This document shows, piece by piece, positions 15,701 to 21,131 of a stretch of DNA of 32,000 nt. The notes below the pieces were generated by a model, which did no database searches, was not told where the DNA came from, and saw only the letters and a list, made by a program, of their open reading frames with translations. How positions within the stretch are numbered: position 1 is the stretch's first letter; every line of letters begins with the position of its first letter. A program made the translations under genes and the position numbers. Source of the DNA: Phycisphaera mikurensis NBRC 102666 (GTDB lineage Bacteria; Planctomycetota; Phycisphaerae; Phycisphaerales; Phycisphaeraceae); the NCBI RefSeq assembly GCF_000284115.1, contig NC_017080.1, positions 1,980,001 through 2,012,000 on the forward strand, given 5' to 3'.

Positions 15701-16188
15701 TACAGCTCGAAGGTGTGGCCGATGTCGCAGGTGATGAGCAGCGGCGGGTTACCCTCCTCCGGGGGCAGGCTGCGGGCGTAGCGCTCGGCCTGGCCGCGGG
15801 CGGCGAGCATGGCCTGGTCCCACTTGGCGGTGCCGCGGCGGGCGGTGCCCAGGCGGGTCTTGCGGGGCTTGAGGGCCGTGTCGGCGAGGTCGTCGTCGCT
15901 CTTCGCGGCGGGGGTCTCGCTGCCCTGCTTGGCTTCGAGGATGAAGCAGTCGCGCTTGTAGAGGTCGATGAAGCCGGGGGCGGCGCCGCCCTTGCCGTCG
16001 CGGCTGGTGACGGTGCGGTCGAAGACGTACGCGTTCTCGGCGTCGTCGGCGACGGCGGGCTCGGGGCGGGGGACGCCGAGCAGGTCGCACAGCTCGCTCA
16101 GGAAGGTCTGGTAGTTGCCGCGCTCGCTGCCCTCACTCTTGGCCCAGCGGGCGATGAAGTCGGTGGCGGCGGCGTCGGTCCCGGGCAT
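12712..16188 (-). CDS. MmeI-family type IIL (IIG) restriction-modification enzyme: fused endonuclease, N6-adenine methyltransferase and TRD, 1158 aa.
   Basis: N-terminal FIARWAKSEGSERGNYQTFLSELCDLLG; PD-(D/E)XK-like GFIDLYKRDCFILEAKQ (nt 15925-15975); LGAHYTPRAYV; motif I VLDPACGSGNFLY; motif IV GNPPFIG (NPPF at nt 14416-14427); TRD-like REWWIFAEPR and AKHRVFAF; C-terminal helical tail. Confidence 0.85.
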   Translation of the reverse strand: MPGTDAAATDFIARWAKSEGSERGNYQTFLSELCDLLGVPRPEPAVADDAENAYVFDRTVTSRDGKGGAAPGFIDLYKRDCFILEAKQGSETPAAKSDDDLADTALKPRKTRLGTARRGTAKWDQAMLAARGQAERYARSLPPEEGNPPLLITCDIGHTFELYSDFSRLGRTYTPFPDPSSHRIRFEQLADEKTRQLLATAWTDPLDLDPAKRSAKVTRDIAARLAKLSRSLEKTGQNAEVVAHFLMRVLFTLFAEDIDLIPKESFTSFLKRIEHKPELFAPLVESLWKEMNTGGVSAALEAPVLRFNGGLFAECHAIPLDADQLKLLIDAAEQDWSDVEPAIFGTLLERALDPRERHKLGAHYTPRAYVERLVLPTVIEPLRERWSNAQAAALTLDRLGKPKQARRAVDDFLHELCNTTVLDPACGSGNFLYVTLEHMKRLEAEVRQTLFDLGGQTPLELESAGITVDPHLLKGIELNPRAAAIADLVLWIGHLQWHHRTHRGTTPSEPILQAFANIENRDAVLAYDEKKLVTDEQGQPVTRWDGRTTKKHPVTGEDVPDETAREVTYTYVNPRKAEWPEADFVVGNPPFIGDKKMRAALGSGYVDALRATYSDYGNGLDFVLYWWLRCAEAVKAEKLRAFGLITTNSISQPFNRRIISTLVGPDHEIGYAFAISDHPWTDEAGAAAVRVAMTVVDRRTGDGVLSTTEAGEDLQQTTGSINAGLTIGVSKSSAVQLKANQGLACPGVQLSGMGFVVEEADLDQFPAATREALIRRYINGRDLMQVPTGRYVLDASGETDETLQDGHPEAYQWIVERVKPDRDQNTRKKYRREWWIFAEPRLKFRRALAGLPRWIGTCRTAKHRVFAFADESTLPDAKVVAIADQRASTLGILSSVIHTNFATWIGGWLGVGNDSTYNHADCLNRFPFPDKEKDQLDQVAAVAERLDTHRKRQQAAHPKLTLTNVYNVLEKLRSGEPLTAKEKLTHEQGLVSVLKQLHDDLDAAVFAAYGWSDLWNRHQRGDDIDEPLLERLVALNAERAAEEATGHVRWLRPDFQNPQGKEATTEQQTTLDLPDAPAPKKPSGKKLRWPDTLPAQTAILRDLLTASPTPLTPEALAASFPTAKTRLAQITEICETLTSLGLATKGDADLSGQVKFAA

Positions 16189-16366
16189 GGCTTAAGCGAC
16201 GGTACGGGAGGGGGCATGGCGGATTGCGCCGCGGACCTACCGCGCGGACAGCGTGGCGTCCGCGGACCGTGGGGGGCGAGAGGCGGTGCGTGGCCCTCGC
16301 GCGCGAGCGCAGACCACGCTGATCAATCCCGGCGTCGCACCAGCCGCGTCGCAACGCAACGCGGGC

Positions 16367-16455
16367 CGGATCCGCCGGGGCCTGGACACTGCGCCTCTGG
16401 ACATTGGGATCCGCCGGGGATCCGCCGGATCCGCCGGGGCCTGGACACTGCGCCT
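16367..16455. repeat. Direct repeats containing GGATCCGCCGG(GGCCTGGACACTGCGCCTC).
   Basis: The 30-nt GGATCCGCCGGGGCCTGGACACTGCGCCTC occurs at 16367 and 16426 (59-bp period), with extra GGATCCGCCGG copies between them. A related GACACTGCGCCACGAGAACTGCGTGT lies at about 16571, and a GGGGCCTGGACCCCGCGGCC doublet at about 16498-16540. Confidence 0.8.
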
Positions 16456-16733
16456 CGAGAACTGCGTGTCGACCGCTTCTCCGCCGTCGCTTTGTCGCCG
16501 GGGCCTGGACCCCGCGGCCGGGGGCCTGGACCCCGCGGCCGCCTCGCGGACCGGGATCCGCAAAGGTTCAGACACTGCGCCACGAGAACTGCGTGTTGGC
16601 CGTGCATTCGCCGCCGCCCGGCGCAATGGCGGCCGCGGGCACGGCGGCGATTCTCTTCGGGACGACGTCGGGCGTCCTCGGGCCGAGAGGGATCGTCGCG
16701 GCGACGAGGGCCGGCGTATACGTGCCAAGGTCT

Positions 16734-16859
16734 GGCGTCGCAGCGACAAGGTCTCGCGTCTTCGGGACAAGGTTTGCCGTCGAAGGGCCAAGGTTTGGCG
16801 TCTCCGGGACAGGGTTTGGCGTCGCGGCGACGAGGGCGGGCGTTGGCGGAGTCCCGCTC
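16734..16859. repeat. Six tandem 21-bp units (iteron-like array), about 200 bp upstream of the FN3-like gene.
   Basis: Units: CCAAGGTCTGGCGTCGCAGCG / ACAAGGTCTCGCGTCTTCGGG / ACAAGGTTTGCCGTCGAAGGG / CCAAGGTTTGGCGTCTCCGGG / ACAGGGTTTGGCGTCGCGGCG / ACGAGGGCGGGCGTTGGCGGA. The phasing is exactly 21 bp. Confidence 0.85.
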
Positions 16860-17058
16860 TGGGGCTTCCAGGCCGATTTCTGGTCGGGCGGCGTAGGGGA
16901 TGTCCGGACTTTCTCTTGGGTTGCTTCACCCGCCGGGCGGCGCGGCCGATGGGATCGCTGCCGCCGGCCCATGTGTCGGGGCGTCCCCTTCCAGGGTCGG
17001 CCTCCCTTCTGGGGGAGGGACCCGCCAAGCCCGAGACCCGGGCAGAAAGGTGAGCACC

Positions 17059-17742
17059 ATGGCCACCACCCCCGAGAACGCGTACCCGACGACCCGCCTC
17101 CTGCAGATCCAGTTCGGCGAGGACCGGGCGGCCACGATCCAGGCCCAGGCCGACGAGCTGGGCGTGCCGAAGAGCGAGGCGGACCGCTACGCGGACGAGG
17201 TCCAGGCCGCCGCCGAGGCCAACACGGCGTACCGGCTGGCCCAGCAGCGGGCCCGCGACCTGGGCGAGACCGCCCGGGCGGCCGCGGCCCGCATGAACCG
17301 CACGGCGGCGTCGGTGATCGCCAACGTGCGGGCCCGAGCGGAGATCTCCGCCGACCCCGCCGCCGTGTACGCGATCGCCAGCATCGCCGCCCGCCAGGCC
17401 CCCACCCCGCAGGGCCCGCCGGCCGCGCCCACGGCGGTGACCTGCACGCTGGGCTCCGACGGCGTGACGACGATCACCTGGGCCGGCAGCACCCAGGGGA
17501 CGACCTTCACGGTCGAACGTGAGCTGCTGATGGCCGACGGCACGACGGTGCCCTTCGCGGCCTTCGCCGGCCCGACGGGCCGCCCGATCCAGGACGGCAC
17601 GGTCCCCGTGGGCACCGCGACCGCCCGCTACCGCGTGAAGGCCTTCCGCGGCAACCAGTCGTCCGCGTGGAGCACGCCCGGCGTCCTCCAGCTCGTCAAC
17701 AACGAGACCCTGGCGGCGAACAACCTCCGCCTCGCCGCCTGA
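17059..17742 (+). CDS. Hypothetical protein with a helical N-terminal half and a C-terminal FN3-like beta domain; intact paralog of the 9579/9930 fragments.
   Basis: ATG at 17059 is preceded by GAAAGGTGAG. The C-terminal TCTLGSDGVTTITWAGSTQGTTFTVERE...PTGRPIQDGTVPVGTATARYRVKAFRGNQSSAWSTPGVLQLV...LRLAA aligns residue for residue with the left-hand fragments. A CCCCCC-TGC-GGGGGG hairpin follows the stop. Confidence 0.6.
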   Translation: MATTPENAYPTTRLLQIQFGEDRAATIQAQADELGVPKSEADRYADEVQAAAEANTAYRLAQQRARDLGETARAAAARMNRTAASVIANVRARAEISADPAAVYAIASIAARQAPTPQGPPAAPTAVTCTLGSDGVTTITWAGSTQGTTFTVERELLMADGTTVPFAAFAGPTGRPIQDGTVPVGTATARYRVKAFRGNQSSAWSTPGVLQLVNNETLAANNLRLAA

Positions 17743-17833
17743 CCCCCCTGCGGGGGGCTTCCCCCGCGGTGGAGGTCGATGCGGGGCGGGCGGGGCTGGG
17801 GCGCGGGCCTGACATCGTCGAGAAGAAGGAGTG

Positions 17834-17879
17834 CCGCGGACCGTTGCGGTTCCGCGGCGTTTCGGTGTGCGGTCCGCGG
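17834..17879. repeat. REP-2 hairpin downstream of the FN3-like gene.
   Basis: CCGCGGACCG (17834-17843) ... GTTCCGCGGCGTTT ... CGGTCCGCGG (17870-17879). It shares the internal GTTCCGCGGCGT core with 9501-9546 read on the minus strand. Confidence 0.7.
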
Positions 17880-18086
17880 GGGCGTGGAGGCGGACGCCGC
17901 GTGCGGGCGTGGCCGCCTGCGGCCCGCAGGCGCGGTGGCGGGGTGGGGCGTTGTCGAGGCACGCCCGCCCGCGGGCCGCGGGCGGCCACGGTCCGGGCGG
18001 CGCTCGCGCGACGCTCCGGCTTCCGCGTCGAGTGCGTCAACTCTCCTCCGTGGTTGCTTCGCTGATCGAGCCTCGATCTCTTGGCT

Positions 18087-18278
18087 GCGGTGTCCAGACA
18101 CCGGCAAACCGCCGGCCAACCGCCGATCCACCCCCAAGGTGGGCGCAGACCCCGCGAAAGCCGGACCGCTGCTCCGGTCCGGGCGTCGGCGCAGCCGCGC
18201 GCGGCACATCCGCGGCTCCTCCCCCCGTAACCGCTTCCCCGCTCGGCCCGGATCGCGCAGCGATCCGGCCTTCGCGTC
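18087..18278 (-). repeat. Composite REP-1 element, inverted copy of 6272-6481.
   Basis: The reverse complement begins GACGCGAAGGCCGGATCGCTGCGCGATCCGGGCCGAGCGGG, about 40 nt near-identical to 6272-6311. It continues with GCGGCTGCGCCGACGCCCGGACCGGAGCAGCGGTCCGGCTTTCGCG and ...CTGCGCCCACC...GGACACCGC. Hairpins lie at 18161-18182 and 18248-18268. Confidence 0.7.
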
Positions 18279-18364
18279 GATTCCCTCGACCCTGCTGGTC
18301 CGCGGGACCGGCTCTCTGTGGTGGCCAAGCCTCGGCGACCCCGGCGACCCTTGCTGCGGTGTCT

Positions 18365-19690
18365 ATGCCCCTGCTCCCCTTACACTGCTCCATGATCGCC
18401 GACCTGCTGAGGGCTGAGAAGCTGGTCCGGCAAGCGGTGCTCGATCAAGTCACCTCTGAATCTGTATTCATCCGACTGCTCCAACGGGCCGCACCGGACG
18501 TTCCTCGCGAGGTCATCGAGGCGGCTGTGCCTCTCCTGCTCGCTGGTCAGCAGGTGCATGTGGACGACGAGCACGACCAGCTGATCACAGCCATCCAGGT
18601 ACTTACAGAGGAGAGACTGGCGCGCGCTCTTGATCGCGCAGTTTCCCGCAGCCAGCGGCGGGCGACGCGAGCGTTGCACGAGCACTTTGAGGCGGAGATG
18701 CTTCCCGCATGGCTCTCATCGTTCGACGCGGACAGAGTCAGATCCCGAAGAAGATTGGAGAAGGCGAGGAGACAGCATCGGAAGATCGTCATGACCTTCT
18801 GGAGCGATCCTCTAGACCGCTTCGACCTCCTTGTCGAACTCTTCCGATCCATTCCCTCCTTCATGGAGGCAGAAGACGCGCACGATCCGGATTCTGCTCC
18901 TGTAGACGATGCAAGGGATCCGAAGGCTACTGCGATTGCACAGATTCATGCCCGCGGGACACGTGTCGTCGGTGAGATCGCGCTGCTCCTCCGCGGCGGG
19001 TTTGCGGACGGCGCATTCGCTCGATGGCGGGCGTTCCACGAACTCGCGGTCATCGCGACCTTCCTGAGCGCTGGAGATGCGGACCTTTCAGAAGCCTACC
19101 TCGATCACCGTGTCGTTGGCCACAATCGAAAAGCGCGATCGCTCGCCGAGCACGGAGAGCAGATGGGGGAGGAGCCGCTCGACGCCGAGCATTTCGAGCA
19201 AGTAGAAGCCGCTTACGTGGCAGCGGTCGAGCGGTACGGCAAGCCCTTCAAACAGCAGTATGGTTGGGCCAACGCTCATCTCAAGACTGAGAAGCGGGTG
19301 ACATTCGAGCAAATTGAGAAAGCCGCCGGCCTGACGCCTTGGAGACTTTGGACCAACGCGGCTAGCGACTCGGTGCATGCAGGCAGCGAAGGTTGTTTCT
19401 ACAGCTTCGGCGGACACGAGCCGGGCGAGGTTCCTGAAACCGAAGCGATCGATGGACTCAATGTCGCAGGCTGCAAAGCCTGCGAGTCAATTCGTATCTT
19501 TGGTGCTGCGACCCTCACCAGCCGCACCGCCTTCCCTCGTTTCGCCGTGTACCGCATCCTTGCGGCCGTGGCGGCCGACTGCCATAATGCCTTCGAAGTG
19601 GCGGCGGAAACGCTCGCCGAGCATTGGGTGTCGCCGGAGGAGCTGCCAGCCGAACTCGCAGCCGAGCTGCGGCGAATGAGCGGCGACTGA
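18365..19690 (+). CDS. Hypothetical protein, DUF5677-like (tentative).
   Basis: Only the lower-GC 3' two-thirds of tracked ORF 17831..19690 looks coding. Candidate starts are ATG 18365 or 18392. The stretch RGTRVVGEIALLLRGGFADGAFARWRAFHELAVIATFL...YLDH...YGWANAHL...WTNAASDSVHAG resembles my recollection of DUF5677. GC is about 53-58%. Confidence 0.5.
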   Translation: MPLLPLHCSMIADLLRAEKLVRQAVLDQVTSESVFIRLLQRAAPDVPREVIEAAVPLLLAGQQVHVDDEHDQLITAIQVLTEERLARALDRAVSRSQRRATRALHEHFEAEMLPAWLSSFDADRVRSRRRLEKARRQHRKIVMTFWSDPLDRFDLLVELFRSIPSFMEAEDAHDPDSAPVDDARDPKATAIAQIHARGTRVVGEIALLLRGGFADGAFARWRAFHELAVIATFLSAGDADLSEAYLDHRVVGHNRKARSLAEHGEQMGEEPLDAEHFEQVEAAYVAAVERYGKPFKQQYGWANAHLKTEKRVTFEQIEKAAGLTPWRLWTNAASDSVHAGSEGCFYSFGGHEPGEVPETEAIDGLNVAGCKACESIRIFGAATLTSRTAFPRFAVYRILAAVAADCHNAFEVAAETLAEHWVSPEELPAELAAELRRMSGD

Positions 19691-19714
19691 CCCGGGGCCT
19701 GGGGCCCGGGAAAG

Positions 19715-19762
19715 GGCCCGCGAAAGTGTCGGCCCGCGAAAGTGTCGGCCCGCGAAAGTGTC
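19715..19762. repeat. Three tandem copies of the 16-mer GGCCCGCGAAAGTGTC.
   Basis: Exact copies start at 19715, 19731 and 19747. A fourth copy at 19976-19991 marks the junction of the 229-bp duplication. Confidence 0.9.
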
Positions 19763-20204
19763 AGGAACATTCATGCTGCTTCCTCCGCCTCCCAATCCTC
19801 CACCGCCAGTCCGGGCACGAGGTCGAAGTGCTTGCGGTTGTGGGTGACGACGGTGCAGCCGTGAACCAAGGCGGTGGCCGCGATCGCTGCGTCGAAGGGG
19901 CCGATGGGGGTGCCGGCGCGGCGGAGAGGGGCGTTGACACGCGCCCACTGCTCAGCCACGGGTCCGTCGAAGGGGGGCCCGCGAAAGTGTCAGGAACATT
20001 CATGCTGCTTCCTCCGCCTCCCAGTCCTCCACCGCCAGCCCGGGCACGAGGTCGAAGTGCTTCCAGTTGTGGGTGACGACGGTGCAGCCGTGGACCAAGG
20101 CGGTGGCCGCAATCGCTGCGTCGAAGGGGCCGATGGGGGTGCCGGCGCGGCGGAGAGGGGCGTTGACACGCGCCCACTGCTCAGCCACGGGTTCGTCGAA
20201 GGGG
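19747..20204. repeat. Tandem duplication, 2 x 229 bp, about 96% identical, covering the vapC 3' end.
   Basis: Unit 19747-19975 repeats at 19976-20204 with about 8 mismatches. GAARGGG microhomology lies at the junctions. Confidence 0.9.
19771..19959 (-). pseudogene. Duplicated vapC 3' fragment (C-terminal 62 codons).
   Basis: MAEQWARVNAPLRRAGTPIGPFDAAIAATALVHGCTVVTHNRKHFDLVPGLAVEDWEAEEAA is near-identical to the C-terminus of 20000..20416. Confidence 0.8.
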
Positions 20205-20416
20205 TGGCTGGGGTACAGGGCAAAGAGCGACCGCATCCGTTCAAGGTCCCGCTCCGGGTCCTTGGCGAGCCGTGCTCCCTGCAGCAGCTCCGCCTTCACG
20301 ATCTCAGACAAGACGATGCCGTCAGCGACGTAAGCGGCGGAGAGACGGGAAGCAAGCGCGCTGCGGGGGTGTCTGAAGCTGTAGATCTAGGCGTTGCTGT
20401 CGAGCAGGTAGGTCAA
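20000..20416 (-). pseudogene. vapC: PIN-domain toxin VapC with an in-frame TAG at codon 10.
   Basis: The frame from TTG 20416 reads (L)TYLLDSNA*IYSFRHPRSALASRLSAAYVADGIVLSEIVKAELLQG...PFD...DAAIAATALVHGCTVVTHNWKHF. The TAG is at 20389..20387. The downstream Met ORF (20311) would lack the first catalytic Asp. Confidence 0.7.
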
Positions 20417-20691
20417 TCGACCTCTCCGTGTGCACGCCGGGGCGAGTCCGGAACGTCGTCGTTCGGAGGCAGCACGATGTCGCCGAGAGACGTCAGCGAC
20501 TCGAGGTAGCGGAGGAAGGCCTCCGGCCCGTCGCTGGGTTTGGGCAGCGGCGGGTCCTGCTCATCCGGCCCCGGAAGCTCGACGTGGATGTCGAAGGTGG
20601 TGCCATCGGTGGCGGTGTCGGCCAGCTCGGGGGGGAGGGGGGTGACGAGGCGGCCGTTCTCGACGGAGGCTCTGAGGTGGAGGGTGCTCAT
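20413..20691 (-). CDS. Putative antitoxin, AF2212/DUF104-like N-terminus.
   Basis: ATG at 20691 starts MSTLHLRASVENGRLVTPLPPELADTATDGTTFDIHVEL..., which resembles the VYENGVLKPLEPLDLPEG pattern. The stop TGA overlaps the vapC TTG as TTGA. The tracked 189-aa ORF is an upstream extension. Confidence 0.55.
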   Translation of the reverse strand: MSTLHLRASVENGRLVTPLPPELADTATDGTTFDIHVELPGPDEQDPPLPKPSDGPEAFLRYLESLTSLGDIVLPPNDDVPDSPRRAHGEVD

Positions 20692-20743
20692 GGGGTGGAT
20701 CCGGCGCGCGGGCCAAGCATCATCGTACGGGTGGGGTTCGGGA

Positions 20744-20789
20744 TCCGCGGACCGTGGAGGTCGTGGACGCGAAACGGTGACGGTCCGCG
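20744..20789. repeat. REP-2 hairpin immediately 3' of the MmeI-like relic.
   Basis: CCGCGGACCGT (20744-20754) pairs with ACGGTCCGCGG (20779-20789). The reverse complement CCGCGGACCGTCACCGTTTCGCG matches the 9501-type copies. Confidence 0.7.
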
Positions 20790-20792
20790 GGT

Positions 20793-20955
20793 TCAGGCGG
20801 CGGAGGCGGCGATCTCGGTGCGGGTGGCGAGGCCGAGGGAGGTGCGGGTCTCGGCGCCGGGGCCTTCGGTCGCGCCTGAAAGCGACCGGGCATCGCTCGG
20901 CGTGAGCGGCGGCCGGCCGCGTCGGCCTGCTTCGGCGGGCCACAGCCCGCTTCCA
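20793..20955 (-). pseudogene. Relic C-terminus of a second MmeI-family gene.
   Basis: ...GLWPAEAG..RPPLTPSDARSLSGATEGPGAETRTSLGLATRTEIAASAA* aligns with the intact enzyme tail LRWPDT...TPLTPEALAASFPTAKTRLAQITEICETLTSLGLATKGD. At the DNA level GGCGAGGCCGAGGGAGGTGCGGGTCTCGG matches GGCCAGGCCGAGGGAGGTGAGGGTTTCGC at 12759. Confidence 0.65.
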
Positions 20956-21131
20956 TCGGTCTCCTTGCCAGCCGCCACGCACGCTCTCGCTTCGGCCTCA
21001 GGCGCTCTCAGGCGCGACCTGACACCGCCACCGGAGCTGCGACGCGACGCGGCCGCTCCGCGGCCCCACGCTGCCGGCGGCAGCGAGCCTCGGGCGGCGG
21101 CTCCGCCGCCCGCGCTCCAATCTCGAGAAGT

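Noticed and set aside
16734-16859. CRISPR arrays, considering this 21-bp array and the octamer arrays at 23761 and 24881.
   Set aside because: The units abut one another with no unique spacers and are far shorter than CRISPR repeats. No cas genes are present.
14155-16896. The 913-aa plus-strand ORF, and 24880..26976 (698 aa, minus strand).
   Set aside because: They are antisense shadows of the MmeI-like gene and of ribE/arsM respectively, and have no motif content.
16237-17028. ORFs translating to heptad repeats (RRQTLSRRRQTLALRRQTLS / KVWRRSDKVSRLRDKV).
   Set aside because: The periodicity is a by-product of translating the 21-bp DNA array. Both strands give repeats, there is no start context, and the sequence is intergenic between divergent genes.
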